This document shows positions 8,460 through 17,693 of a stretch of DNA of 48,664 bases, one piece after another. The notes beneath the pieces were generated by a model. It was not told the DNA's origin, did no database searches, and was given only the letters and a program-made list of their open reading frames with translations. The first letter of the stretch is position 1. The number at the start of each line of letters is the position of its first letter. The position numbers were made by a program, and so were the translations under genes. The DNA is from Verrucomicrobiota bacterium (lineage in GTDB: Bacteria > Verrucomicrobiota > Kiritimatiellia > CAIQIC01 > JAGNIJ01): assembly GCA_022704185.1 (NCBI GenBank), contig JAKJGV010000007.1:1-48664 (forward strand). Direction: 5' to 3'.

Positions 8460-9257
8460 ATGAAACGGAAGATCATCCGGATTGACGAGGAGCTCTGCAA
8501 CGGCTGCGGCCAATGCGTGACCGCGTGCGCGGAAGGCGCTCTTCAGATCGTGGACGGCAAGGCGAAGCTGGTGAAAGAACAGTACTGCGACGGGTTCGGC
8601 GACTGCATCGGCGAGTGCCCGACGGGCGCGCTGACGATCGTGGAGATGGATGTGCCCGAGTATGACGCCGCGGCGACCCGCGAGTTTGTCGCGAAGACCG
8701 GCGGGGCAGAAGCCGTACGGAAGTTCGACGAAGCGGCGAAGGCTCACGAGATGAAGGAGAAAGCGAAGATGATGATGGGTCGCGGTCACGGCGGCGGTGG
8801 GTGTCCGGGGTCGGCGATGCGGTTCAGCACGCAGAAGCCCGCCGCGGCGGCGCAACCGGTGGGCGGTGCGGGGCCGAAACAGGCGATCCCGTCGGAGTTG
8901 AACCAGTGGCCGATCCAGATCCACTTGGTGCGGCCGGACGCTCCCTTCTTTAAGGACCGGGAGCTCGTCGTGCTCAGCACGTGCGCGCCGATTGCGTCGG
9001 CCGACGTGCACTGGCGGTTCATCCGCGGCCGGGCGGTCGTGGTAGGCTGCCCCAAGCTGGATCGCACGGAGGGCTACGTCGAGAAGCTGGCGGCGATCCT
9101 GTCCGAACCGAGCATTCCGCGTGTGATTACGGTGCGCATGGACGTGCCGTGCTGCGGCGGGCTTTCGGCGATGGTCCACGAGGCCGCGGTGCGATCGGGC
9201 AGGTCGGATCTCGTTGTGGAAGACGTGGTGGTGGGGTTGAACGGGGATATAGGATAG
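8460..9257 (+). CDS. 4Fe-4S dicluster ferredoxin-domain protein, co-transcribed with hcp
   Basis: MKRKIIRIDEELCNGCGQCVTACAEGAL and CDGFGDCIGECPTGAL are two CxxCxxCxxxC(P) motifs. The C-terminal domain carries GCPKLD and PCCGG. GGAG lies 6 nt upstream of ATG 8460; alternative start at 8448. Confidence 0.8.
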   Translation: MKRKIIRIDEELCNGCGQCVTACAEGALQIVDGKAKLVKEQYCDGFGDCIGECPTGALTIVEMDVPEYDAAATREFVAKTGGAEAVRKFDEAAKAHEMKEKAKMMMGRGHGGGGCPGSAMRFSTQKPAAAAQPVGGAGPKQAIPSELNQWPIQIHLVRPDAPFFKDRELVVLSTCAPIASADVHWRFIRGRAVVVGCPKLDRTEGYVEKLAAILSEPSIPRVITVRMDVPCCGGLSAMVHEAAVRSGRSDLVVEDVVVGLNGDIG

Positions 9258-9285
9258 AGAACTCGACGCTGGACCCTTGACGCTC

Positions 9286-9328
9286 AAAAAAGGGGGGGTG
9301 CTCCGCACGAGTGCCTCCCTCTTTTTTT
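9286..9328 (+). terminator. Rho-independent (bidirectional-type) terminator after the hcp-ferredoxin operon
   Basis: AAAAAA-GGGGGGGTGCTC-CGCA-CGAGTGCCTCCCT-CTTTTTTT. GC-rich stem with a few G-U pairs, A-tract upstream and T-tract downstream. Confidence 0.55.
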
Positions 9329-9341
9329 CTTGTAACTGGTC

Positions 9342-9662
9342 GTGCAATCGGTAGACATATGCGGTCCAATGAGTCCTGCCTTCCATGGTTTGCCGAGCGA
9401 GTGCTCGGGCCATTGCGAACAATGCGAAATCGCGAAGGATGGGCAGGCTCTGGCAGGCGACCCCGCGGTGCGGGGTTGGCGCATGGTCCTGGGCTCCACG
9501 GCGGTATTCCTGCTGCCGTTGGCGCTGGCGGCGGCTGGGGCTTACCTGGCCGGGCAGAACGCGGACCGGCAGGTCGCCGGTGCGCTGATTGGACTTGCGG
9601 CGGGTGTGCTGGTGGCCAAGGGCATATCGGCATGGCTCCGCCGGCATGGGAAAGCTTCTTGA
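9342..9662 (+). CDS. RseC/MucC-like small membrane protein preceding rnf
   Basis: N-terminal Cys/His cluster (CSGHCEQC) followed by two hydrophobic helices (MVLGSTAVFLLPLALAAAGAYL, AGALIGLAAGVLVA). Sits directly upstream of rnfC. GTG start at 9342 or ATG at 9369. Confidence 0.55.
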   Translation: MQSVDICGPMSPAFHGLPSECSGHCEQCEIAKDGQALAGDPAVRGWRMVLGSTAVFLLPLALAAAGAYLAGQNADRQVAGALIGLAAGVLVAKGISAWLRRHGKAS

Positions 9663-9663
9663 G

Positions 9664-11016
9664 ATGACGGCTGTTTTAACAGGTTTGCCGGGAACGGGCG
9701 ATTTCGCGCGCGGCGTACATCCGCCCGAGCGGAAGACGCTTGCACAGGACGCGGCGATCGAAGTCATGCCTCCGCCCGCGCAGGTGGTCATTCCTCTCCT
9801 GCAGCACACGGGCGCGCCCTGCGAGCCTGTTGTTAAGGTTAAGGACGAGGTCAAACTGGGCGACAAGATCGGCGACGCGACCGGGTTCATTTCCGCACCC
9901 GTGCATGCCTCGATCAACGGTTCGGTGCTGATGCCGTCCGTGACCACGCTCCCCAACGGGCGGCATGTCAAAACGATTCCCATCAAGGCAGGGCCGGATC
10001 AGTTGGCGGGCGATGCGTTGAAGAGCGAGGTGTTGGGCGGCAACTGGCCGACGAGCGGTTTGGAGCGGTTCGCGCCCGACCAGATCGCAACGGCCGCACG
10101 CGACGCGGGCCTGGTCGGCCTCGGCGGCGCGGCGTTCCCCACGCACGTCAAGCTGGTGCGCAACGAGAAGCGTCCGGTGGACACGCTTCTCGTGAACGGA
10201 TGCGAGTGCGAGCCGTATCTCACTTCCGACTACCGGCTGATGCTGGAGTTTCCGGGCCCGGTGGTGACCGGCGCGCTGCTGGCCGCGCAGGCGGCGGGCG
10301 CGAAACAGATCGTCGTGGCGATCGAGGACAACAAGCCGGCCGCGGCCGACGCGATGCGCAAGGCGGCCGAGGGAACGGCGGTGAAGATCGCCGTGGTTCA
10401 TACGAAGTATCCGATGGGCGGCGAGCGCCAGGTCATTCCGGCCGTGCTGAAGCGCGAAGTGCCGACGGGCGGTCTGCCGCTCGATGTCGGCGTGGTCGTG
10501 ATCAACGTCGCCACCGCGGCCGCGCTGGCCCGCGCGGTCGTGCGCGGCAAGGCGCTGACCCATCGCGTGGTGACCGTGACGGGCGCGGGCATCGCGAGGC
10601 CGAAGAACGTGCTGGTGCCGGTCGGCATCTCGTACCAGGAACTCATCGATTTCTGCGGCGGGCTCACACCCGATGCCGCGCGCGTGATCGCGGGCGGGCC
10701 GATGATGGGTTTCACCGTGGCCGATCTGAAGGTGCCGGTGACCAAGGGAACCAGCGGTGTGACGGTTCTGACGCACGCCGACCTTGCGCGCGTGGACGAG
10801 ACCGCGTGTGTGCGGTGCGGGCGGTGCGTGGATGTGTGTCCGCTGCATCTGGTGCCGACCAAGCTCGCGCTGGCCTCGAAGGTCGAGGACTGGGATCTGG
10901 CGAAAAAATACCATCTGCTGGCCTGCTGCGAATGCGGCTGCTGCGCGTACACGTGCCCGGCGGCGATTCCGCTGGTGCAGCTGATGCGGAAGGGGAAGGC
11001 GCAGATGCCGCGCTGA
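9664..11016 (+). CDS. rnfC: Rnf complex subunit C
   Basis: FARGVHPPERK N-terminus, GLVGLGGAAFPTHVK NADH/FMN motif, and CVRCGRCVDVCP plus CCECGCCAYTCP 4Fe-4S motifs. Alternative start at 9646. Confidence 0.9.
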   Translation: MTAVLTGLPGTGDFARGVHPPERKTLAQDAAIEVMPPPAQVVIPLLQHTGAPCEPVVKVKDEVKLGDKIGDATGFISAPVHASINGSVLMPSVTTLPNGRHVKTIPIKAGPDQLAGDALKSEVLGGNWPTSGLERFAPDQIATAARDAGLVGLGGAAFPTHVKLVRNEKRPVDTLLVNGCECEPYLTSDYRLMLEFPGPVVTGALLAAQAAGAKQIVVAIEDNKPAAADAMRKAAEGTAVKIAVVHTKYPMGGERQVIPAVLKREVPTGGLPLDVGVVVINVATAAALARAVVRGKALTHRVVTVTGAGIARPKNVLVPVGISYQELIDFCGGLTPDAARVIAGGPMMGFTVADLKVPVTKGTSGVTVLTHADLARVDETACVRCGRCVDVCPLHLVPTKLALASKVEDWDLAKKYHLLACCECGCCAYTCPAAIPLVQLMRKGKAQMPR

Positions 11017-11025
11017 CGCGGCCGG

Positions 11026-11053
11026 GAAACTTGAAGCTCGAAACTGGAAACTT
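11026..11053. repeat. heptad array GAAACTT GAAGCTC GAAACTG GAAACTT (rnfC|rnfD spacer)
   Basis: Four consecutive 7-nt units read directly. Starts 10 nt after the rnfC stop and ends 9 nt before the rnfD ATG. Confidence 0.85.
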
Positions 11054-11062
11054 ACCGGGACC

Positions 11063-12082
11063 ATGACAGACGAAGCCAAAAAGGAAGAACAGCAGGCGCC
11101 CAAGGCGGAAGCGGCCGCGCCCGTCCTTCATGTCGCGCCGGGGCCGCACGCGTTCAGCACGTCGCTGACGACGCGGCGCATGATGTTCGACGTGCTGCTG
11201 GCGCTGGTGCCGGTGTTCGCGGCATCCCTGTGGCAGTTTCGCCTGTACACGGTCATCCAGCTGGTCATCTGCATGGTGAGCGCGCTGCTGGCCGAGACGC
11301 TGTTCACCGCGATGCGGAAGAAGCCGATCCTGATCCGGGACGGCTCGGCGCTGGTGACCGGTGCGATCCTGGCCTTCTCCCTGCCCGCGAAGGCGCCGTG
11401 GTACGTCGGCGCCGTCGGATCCTTCGTGGCGATCGGCATCGGCAAGGTCATTTTCGGCGGCCTCGGCCAGAACATATTCAATCCCGCGATGCTGGGTCGC
11501 GCGTTTGTTATGATTGCGTTCCCGGCGTTTCTCGGCGCGACCGCCTACGTGGTGCCGGACGCGGCGATCGATGGGCTTAGCCGCGCGACGCCGCTGACGA
11601 CGTTGAAGCAGTTGGGCCAGAACACCGGCCTTCTGCCGCTTTTCCTCGGGACGACCAACGGCTCCCTCGGCGAGACGAGCGCGCTGGCCTGCCTGCTCGG
11701 CGGCGCTTACCTTTGCCTGCGGCGGACAGCCTCGTGGGAAATCCCGGCCGGCATCGTTTCCGCCGTGGCGGCCATCGCCGGCCTGATGCAATGGTTGGCG
11801 CCCGTAGCGGGCTGGACGGTGCTGCACGAGCTTTTCAGCGGCGCGCTGCTTTTCGGCGCTTTCTACATCGCGACCGATCCGGTCACGAGCCCGCTCACGC
11901 CGCGCGGCAAGTTCGTTTTCGGCCTGGGCGTGGGGGCGTTGGTGATGTTGATCCGCAAGCTGAGCGGCTATCCGGAAGGCGTGATGTTCGCTGTGTTGAT
12001 CATGAACGCGGTGGTCCCGCTGATCAATCAATGGACGATCCCGACGCCCGTGGGCGGTGTCGTGCTTGAGAAGAAGAGTTGA
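11063..12082 (+). CDS. rnfD: Rnf complex subunit D
   Basis: PHAFSTSLTTRRMMFDVLLALVP start, polytopic membrane protein, FYIATDPVTSP near the FMN-attachment region. Confidence 0.9.
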   Translation: MTDEAKKEEQQAPKAEAAAPVLHVAPGPHAFSTSLTTRRMMFDVLLALVPVFAASLWQFRLYTVIQLVICMVSALLAETLFTAMRKKPILIRDGSALVTGAILAFSLPAKAPWYVGAVGSFVAIGIGKVIFGGLGQNIFNPAMLGRAFVMIAFPAFLGATAYVVPDAAIDGLSRATPLTTLKQLGQNTGLLPLFLGTTNGSLGETSALACLLGGAYLCLRRTASWEIPAGIVSAVAAIAGLMQWLAPVAGWTVLHELFSGALLFGAFYIATDPVTSPLTPRGKFVFGLGVGALVMLIRKLSGYPEGVMFAVLIMNAVVPLINQWTIPTPVGGVVLEKKS

Positions 12083-12096
12083 GAGAGTAAGGCAAT

Positions 12097-12170
12097 GAAA
12101 CTGGAAACTGGAAACTGGAAACTTGTCATCTGTGGCAATGTCTTGGCCAGTTTCAAGTTTCGAGTTTCCC
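12097..12170. repeat. heptad-periodic hairpin, (GAAACTG)3 GAAACTT - 22 nt - CCAGTTTC AAGTTTC GAGTTTCCC (rnfD|rnfG spacer)
   Basis: The arms are complementary except at the seventh position of each unit. This predicts 6-bp helices separated by single mismatches. Confidence 0.85.
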
Positions 12171-12207
12171 TCCTTCGCCAAGGCTATGGAGGGCGGGCAG
12201 GCGTCAA

Positions 12208-12765
12208 ATGAAGAACTCCTACATAGGACAAGCCTGGCTCGTGATCGTGCTGTCGCTCTGCTTCGGCGTGGCGCTGGCGGCGGTTCAGACGGCGCTCAAC
12301 CCGAAGATCGAGAGCAACAAGCTGCGCGACACGATCGGGCAGATTCCCAGCCTCGTGCCGGGTGCGGCGGACGGCAAGGCCGAGACGATCGGCGGCCAGA
12401 CGGTGTACCGCGCGGTAGACGCGCAGGGACAGCACGTCGGGTGGGTCATCCCCGCGCGCGGGCAGGGCTTCGCCGACGTGATCGAGCTCCTGGTTGGCAC
12501 GGACAAAGACGTGAAACAGATTACGGGGCTTTACGTGCTGAAGCAGCTCGAGACGCCCGGCCTGGGCGACTTCATCACCGGCGACGCGTGGCGGTCGCAG
12601 TTCAAGAGCAAGCCGGCGGACGTTCCCTTGGTCATCACCAAGACCGCGCCGAAGACGGATAGCGAGGTGCAAGGCATCACGGGCGCGACGATTTCCTCGA
12701 GAAGCGTGGTGGGTATAGTGAACGGCGCGGTGGAAAAGTTCAGGAGCGCGGTGGCGAATGAGTAA
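12208..12765 (+). CDS. rnfG: Rnf complex subunit G (FMN-binding)
   Basis: N-terminal TM helix plus the ITGATISSRSV FMN-binding motif. Confidence 0.9.
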   Translation: MKNSYIGQAWLVIVLSLCFGVALAAVQTALNPKIESNKLRDTIGQIPSLVPGAADGKAETIGGQTVYRAVDAQGQHVGWVIPARGQGFADVIELLVGTDKDVKQITGLYVLKQLETPGLGDFITGDAWRSQFKSKPADVPLVITKTAPKTDSEVQGITGATISSRSVVGIVNGAVEKFRSAVANE

Positions 12766-13414
12766 CGACGGGCCTACACCTCTGGAGCGGTTCATCAACG
12801 GTATCCTGCCGGAGAACCCGGTCTATCGTCAGATTCTCGGGATCTGTCCCACGCTCGCGGTGTCGAACACGATGGAAGGGGCGCTCACCATGGCGGGCGC
12901 GGTCGCCTTCGTGCTGATCTGCTCCAACATCCTCGTCAGTCTCATCCGCGGCCTGCTCAAGCCGCACCTCCGCATCCTGGTATTCACGCTGACGATCGCG
13001 GCGTTCGTGACCATCGCGGACCGGTTTCTCGCGGCGTACATGTACGATATGAGCAAGCTGCTCGGGCCCTACATCCCGCTGATCATCGTCAACTGCATCA
13101 TCATCGCCCGGTGCGAAATCTGCGCTTCGAAACAGCGCCTGGGCGCGGCGGTCATGGACGCGGTCGGGCAGTCGCTGGGTTTCATGCTGGGCCTGATGAG
13201 CATCGCGAGCGTGCGCGAGATCCTCGGGTTCGGCACGTGGTTCGGGAAGTGGCTCGGCTGGCGGGTGATCCCCGCGGCGGCTCCCGAAATCTGGTCGAAC
13301 TGGGTCATCATGATCCTGCCGCCGGGCGCGTTCATCACGCTGGGGCTGCTGATGGGCGTTATGAACTGGATCGAGGCGCGCTCGCGCAAGGCGAGAAAGG
13401 CGGTGGCGGCATGA
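12758..13414 (+). CDS. rnfE: Rnf complex subunit E
   Basis: [18 protein letters not shown] and [13 protein letters not shown] are RnfE/NqrD family motifs. Overlaps rnfG by 8 nt. Confidence 0.9.
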   Translation: MSNDGPTPLERFINGILPENPVYRQILGICPTLAVSNTMEGALTMAGAVAFVLICSNILVSLIRGLLKPHLRILVFTLTIAAFVTIADRFLAAYMYDMSKLLGPYIPLIIVNCIIIARCEICASKQRLGAAVMDAVGQSLGFMLGLMSIASVREILGFGTWFGKWLGWRVIPAAAPEIWSNWVIMILPPGAFITLGLLMGVMNWIEARSRKARKAVAA

Positions 13415-14196
13415 ACTATCTCGCCTCCCTGCTGGTTCTGGCCATCACGACGGCCCTGATCAACAACATGGTGTTCCACTTCTTCGTGGGGAATTGTCCG
13501 TTCATCGGCGTTTCCCGCAAGGTGGACATGGCGTTCGGCATGGGCGCCGCCGTGACCTTTGTCACCACCATCGCCGCCGTGCTGAGCTGGATCGCGACCT
13601 ACTACATCATGGCGCCCGGCGCGCCGCTGGCGACGTGGCTCTACCGCGCGCTCACGCACGACCCGGTGAAGGTCAGCGACCTGAGCATCCTGAGCTACAT
13701 CGTCTACATCTTCCTCATTGCCTGGGCCGTGCAGCTCGTGGAGATGTACATCCGCAAGTTCTTCCCGGCGCTCTACAAGGCGTTCGGCGTCTTCCTGCCG
13801 CTCATCACGACCAACTGTGTGATCCTGTTCGTGTGCCTGGAGATCATGAAGCACATCGGGCTGGACGCGGCCGACCCGTGGGGGCTGGACAAGGCCCTCG
13901 TCTACGCTTTCTTCGCCGGCTTCGGGTTCCTGATCGCGATCGTCATCATGGCCGGCATTCGCGAGGAGCTGGATCATTGCGATGTGCCCAAGCCGTTGCA
14001 GGGGCCCGGCATCACGCTGATCATCGCGGGCATCCTGTCGCTTGCGTTCATGGGCCTGACCGGCGTGGACGGCAACCTCGCCCGGATGATCGCGAAGAAG
14101 CCCGCGACCGCGGAAAAAGCCGCAACCCCACAGGCGGTGGACGTCCACCACTCGTACTCGGTTGCCCCCGATCAACCTGCAACGTTGAACCCATAA
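13411..14196 (+). CDS. rnfA: Rnf complex subunit A (longer than usual)
   Basis: Internal start [22 protein letters not shown], with an ATGA overlap on the rnfE stop. GNCPFIGVS and [12 protein letters not shown] motifs. Carries an internal insertion and a roughly 40-aa hydrophilic tail. Confidence 0.9.
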   Translation: MNYLASLLVLAITTALINNMVFHFFVGNCPFIGVSRKVDMAFGMGAAVTFVTTIAAVLSWIATYYIMAPGAPLATWLYRALTHDPVKVSDLSILSYIVYIFLIAWAVQLVEMYIRKFFPALYKAFGVFLPLITTNCVILFVCLEIMKHIGLDAADPWGLDKALVYAFFAGFGFLIAIVIMAGIREELDHCDVPKPLQGPGITLIIAGILSLAFMGLTGVDGNLARMIAKKPATAEKAATPQAVDVHHSYSVAPDQPATLNP

Positions 14197-14206
14197 CCTA
14201 TATCCC

Positions 14207-15118
14207 ATGGAACTGACACTCATGCTTCTGGCGGGCGGAACGATGCTGGTGCTGGCGGTCATCGCCGGCCAGTCGCTGGGTTGGGCGAACAAGGTGTTCC
14301 ACGTCGCCGTGGATCCGCGGATCGAAGCCATCAACGGGGTGCTGCCGGGCGCGAACTGCGGCGGCTGCGGCTGCGTGGGTTGCATGAGCTACGCCGAGGC
14401 GGTGGCCGAGGGCAAGATCGCCCCCGACAAGTGCACCGTGGGCGGCGCAAGCTGCGCGGAAGCCATCGCGAAGATCATGGGCGTGGACCTCAAGCCCTCG
14501 TGGCCGTACCGGCCTGTCGTCCACTGCCGTGCGCACTACGGGGATCGGCTCGGCCGAACGGAATACCGCGGCGAGAAGACCTGCACGGCGGCGAACCTCG
14601 TGAGCGGTGTGCAGGGCTGCACCTACGGCTGCCTCGGGTTCGGCGACTGCGTGGTCGCCTGCGACTTCGACGCGATTCACATCGTGGACGGCCTTGCGAC
14701 GGTGGATTACGAGAAGTGCGTCGGCTGCGGCGCGTGCGCGCGCGCGTGTCCGCGCAACATCATTTCCATGACCCCGTTCAAGCGCGGCAGGATGCTGGCC
14801 GTCGCGTGCTCCAACAAGGACTTCGGCAAGGATGTGAAGGCCGTGTGCAAGGTCGGCTGCATCGGGTGCACCGCGTGCTCGCGCACGAGCGACCTGTTCA
14901 AGATGGACGGGAAGGTCGCGCGGATTGATTACGACAAGTACGACCCCGACCAGCTCGAAAGCGCCCGCGTGGCGCTCAGCAAGTGCCCGGCGCGCGCGAT
15001 CGTCGAGATCGGCGAGCCCACGCCGGAGGATCTCGCGAAGGTCGCCGAGGAAGAAGCTCCGGCCATCGCCCAGGCAGACTTCAAGACCACCGTGGACAAG
15101 ACCCAGTGGCAGGGATGA
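14207..15118 (+). CDS. rnfB: Rnf complex subunit B (polyferredoxin)
   Basis: N-terminal TM helix, the GANCGGCGCVGCMSYAEA motif, and several CxxCxxCxxxCP motifs. Confidence 0.9.
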   Translation: MELTLMLLAGGTMLVLAVIAGQSLGWANKVFHVAVDPRIEAINGVLPGANCGGCGCVGCMSYAEAVAEGKIAPDKCTVGGASCAEAIAKIMGVDLKPSWPYRPVVHCRAHYGDRLGRTEYRGEKTCTAANLVSGVQGCTYGCLGFGDCVVACDFDAIHIVDGLATVDYEKCVGCGACARACPRNIISMTPFKRGRMLAVACSNKDFGKDVKAVCKVGCIGCTACSRTSDLFKMDGKVARIDYDKYDPDQLESARVALSKCPARAIVEIGEPTPEDLAKVAEEEAPAIAQADFKTTVDKTQWQG

Positions 15119-15188
15119 AGCAACGTTCTTGACCTATCTGCGTGTCCGCCGCCGAGGAGCTCCAGGTTCTGGGCGGGGAGATACAACC

Positions 15189-15959
15189 ATGTCGGAACAG
15201 GACAAGATCATGACCGTGCCGTTCACGGTGCGGTCGTACGAATCGGACGCTTCGCGCCGGGTCACGCTGCAGACCCTCTGCAACTATCTCCAGGAAACGG
15301 CCTGGCTGCATGCCGCGCGGCTGGGGTTCGCCCTTGCGGACCGGGAGGGGCACGACAAGACCTGGGTGTTGCTGCGTCTGCATGTGAACATGGTCCGGTA
15401 CCCGGTGTGGGGCGATACGATATCCGTCTCGACCTGGCCGTCCGGCAGGAACCGCCTGTATGCCTACCGAGACTTCGAAATCCGCGACAGCGGGGATGAG
15501 GTCCTGGGCACTGCGACCAGTTCATGGATCATTATAGATGCGAAGAAGCGACGCCCGCAGCGCATCCCCGACGAACTGGAACACTCCATTCTGCGCTCGA
15601 GCGCCATCGCCTTCCATGACGCGCTCTTCCGGGATGAGCCGGTGGGTCCCGAGCGCATTGACGCAGAGATGAGCTTCAACGTCCGCCTCAGCGATATCGA
15701 CGTGAACAACCACGTCAACAACGTCAATTTCATCGAATGGGCCATCGAGGCGGTTCCGGCTGCCTGGCGAAACGACAATGTGCTGACGGAACTGCACGTG
15801 GCGTTCAAATCGGAGAGCAACTACGGAGATCGCATCGTATCCCAGTTCGGCGCGATGCGTCCCGGCGAGCGGGCGCTGCATCGCGTGCTCAGGCCGTCGG
15901 ACTCCAAGAGCCTCATGCTGGCCGAGACGGTCTGGAAGCCGTTGCGACAACAGCCATGA
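15189..15959 (+). CDS. acyl-ACP thioesterase family protein
   Basis: Internal start [20 protein letters not shown]. Double hot-dog pattern with [27 protein letters not shown]. Confidence 0.8.
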   Translation: MSEQDKIMTVPFTVRSYESDASRRVTLQTLCNYLQETAWLHAARLGFALADREGHDKTWVLLRLHVNMVRYPVWGDTISVSTWPSGRNRLYAYRDFEIRDSGDEVLGTATSSWIIIDAKKRRPQRIPDELEHSILRSSAIAFHDALFRDEPVGPERIDAEMSFNVRLSDIDVNNHVNNVNFIEWAIEAVPAAWRNDNVLTELHVAFKSESNYGDRIVSQFGAMRPGERALHRVLRPSDSKSLMLAETVWKPLRQQP

Positions 15960-16450
15960 AAGCGATCACGGCAGACATTACGACGTTGAAGGTGGACGCG
16001 ATCGTCAACGCGGCGAACACAACCTTGCTCGGCGGGGGCGGGGTGGATGGCGCGATTCACCGGGCCGCGGGGCCGGCGCTGCTGGAGGAATGCCGTGGTC
16101 TTGGCGGCTGTGCCGTGGGCGACGCGAAGATAACGCGCGGATACAAGCTTCCGGCAAAGCATGTCATCCATACCGTCGGGCCCGTCTGGCGCGGCGGTCA
16201 TTCCGGAGAACCCGAAATGCTTGCAGGCTGCTACCGCCGATCGTTGGAGGTGGCGCTGGAGCATGGCGTGAAAAGCATCGCATTCCCCGCGATCAGCACG
16301 GGCGTTTATGGGTATCCCATCGAGGAAGCAACCCGGATTGCGGTGGCTACGGTGCGGGAGTTCCTCAAGCAGAACGAAATGCAGATGGATGTCGTTTTCT
16401 GTTGTTTCTCCGAACGCGATCTCGCGGTGTACTCGAAAGAACTGTCTTAA
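15956..16450 (+). CDS. macro domain protein (O-acetyl-ADP-ribose deacetylase, YmdB-like)
   Basis: [26 protein letters not shown] and [17 protein letters not shown] overlap with the upstream stop. Confidence 0.9.
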   Translation: MKAITADITTLKVDAIVNAANTTLLGGGGVDGAIHRAAGPALLEECRGLGGCAVGDAKITRGYKLPAKHVIHTVGPVWRGGHSGEPEMLAGCYRRSLEVALEHGVKSIAFPAISTGVYGYPIEEATRIAVATVREFLKQNEMQMDVVFCCFSERDLAVYSKELS

Positions 16451-16533
16451 GTGAATGTTGAGAAGGGTCCCCTGCGGGCTTGCCCCGCAGGAACCCAAGT
16501 TCATCAAGCTATGATGAAAACCCAAAACAACAA

Positions 16534-16588
16534 GAGCCCGGATGGAGCGAAAGGGGGAGGGAACCTCTTTTTCGCTCCGTCCGGGCTC
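16534..16588 (-). terminator. strong hairpin followed by a T-rich tract on the minus strand (orphan terminator-like element)
   Basis: GAGCCCGGATGGAGCGAAA / TTTCGCTCCGTCCGGGCTC form 19 bp with one G-U pair and a 17-nt loop. On the minus strand it is followed by TTGTTGTTTTGGGTTTTC. No T-tract follows it on the plus strand. Confidence 0.4.
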
Positions 16589-16805
16589 ATGTGGGTTGTC
16601 GGTTGAGCGTGTAGCCTGCGGACTTCGGCTCCTGCGGGGCCCTCCTACGCGGCGGGCAAGCAAGCCCGCAGGGGGCCCGTTTCAAGACATACCGCGACTA
16701 CAGTTCAGCTTAATCTGCTCTAAACATGGTTGTCCCTCAGTTTTTCCTTGAAGCCCCGGTTGGTTCACTTAATGATGCGCGGGTCAAACGGCAATACATT
16801 GCCGT

Positions 16806-17693
16806 ATGAGGCATGGTGTGAACACGATTCTCGTAAAAAAGCAGCTATCGGCCGAAGTTTTCATGATGACGGTCCGCGCGCCGCTGATCGCGGAGGAGCG
16901 CAAGCCGGGGCAGTTTGTCATTCTGCAGCTCGACGACAACTTCGGCGAACGCATTCCGTTGACGATCGCGGATGCGGACCCGGTCGAGGGCAGCATCACG
17001 CTTGTTTTCCAGACGGTGGGCAAGACGACGCACCGCCTTGCGCTGCTCAGCGAGGGCGACAAGATCGAGAATCTGGTCGGCCCGCTCGGGCAGCCGACGC
17101 ACATCGAGAAGGTCGGCACGGTCGTCTGCGTGGGCGGCGGGATCGGCGTCGCGCCGCTGCACCCGATCGCGCAGGGGATGAAGCGCGCGGGGAACCGGGT
17201 GGTCATCATCATCGGCGCGCGGACGAAGGACCTCGTGATTCTGGAGGACCGGATGCGCGCGATCGCGGACGAATTGATCATCTGCACCGATGACGGTTCG
17301 TACGGCCGCAAGGCGCTGGTCACGGCGCCGCTGAAGGAGCTGTGCGAGCGCGATCCGAAGCCGGACATGGTGGTGGCGATCGGGCCGCCGATCATGATGA
17401 AGTTTTGCGCGGAGACGACGCGCCCGTTCGGCGTGCCGACGGTGGTCTCGCTGAATTCGATCATGATTGACGGCACGGGGATGTGCGGCGGCTGCCGCGT
17501 GACCGTCGGCGGTCAGACCAAGTTCACCTGCGTGGACGGGCCGGAGTTCGACGGTCATCTTGTGGATTTCGACAATCTGATGAAACGCCTCGGTGCGTAC
17601 AAGAAGCAGGAAGACATGGCGCATGAAAAGTGCCACTTGGAGATGGAGATGGAGATGGAGATGGAGAAGAGAAACTTGAAACTGGAAACTTGA
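16806..17693 (+). CDS. nfnA: NfnA-type ferredoxin-NADP(+) reductase subunit alpha (sulfide/dihydroorotate dehydrogenase-like FAD/NAD-binding protein)
   Basis: KPGQFVILQL, ERIPLTIAD, VCVGGGIGVAPL, and the C-terminal DGTGMCGGCRV...FTCVDGPEF 2Fe-2S motif. The reading frame continues into the repeat element (tail LEMEMEMEMEKRNLKLET). Confidence 0.85.
   Translation: MRHGVNTILVKKQLSAEVFMMTVRAPLIAEERKPGQFVILQLDDNFGERIPLTIADADPVEGSITLVFQTVGKTTHRLALLSEGDKIENLVGPLGQPTHIEKVGTVVCVGGGIGVAPLHPIAQGMKRAGNRVVIIIGARTKDLVILEDRMRAIADELIICTDDGSYGRKALVTAPLKELCERDPKPDMVVAIGPPIMMKFCAETTRPFGVPTVVSLNSIMIDGTGMCGGCRVTVGGQTKFTCVDGPEFDGHLVDFDNLMKRLGAYKKQEDMAHEKCHLEMEMEMEMEKRNLKLET
17639..17668. repeat. hexanucleotide microsatellite (GGAGAT)4 GGAGAA
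   Basis: Read directly. Lies in the last codons of nfnA, immediately before the heptad array. Confidence 0.9.

Noticed and set aside
11026-12170. Possible CRISPR array, given the short direct repeats
   Set aside because: The period is 7 nt with no spacers, each array is only 3-5 units long, and there are no cas genes. This is not a CRISPR.
16534-16588. RNase P or SRP RNA, because of GTCCGGGCTC and CCGGACGGAGCGA strings
   Set aside because: The segment is a perfect duplex without the internal loops of SRP helix 8. The GAGGAAAG P4 strand and other RNase P elements are absent, and the gap is too short for RNase P RNA.
16790-16803. Perfect palindrome GGCAAT-AC-ATTGCC 2 nt before the nfnA start
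   Set aside because: A single 14-bp palindrome with no known matching operator (not a Rex box). It could arise by chance and cannot be supported further from sequence.
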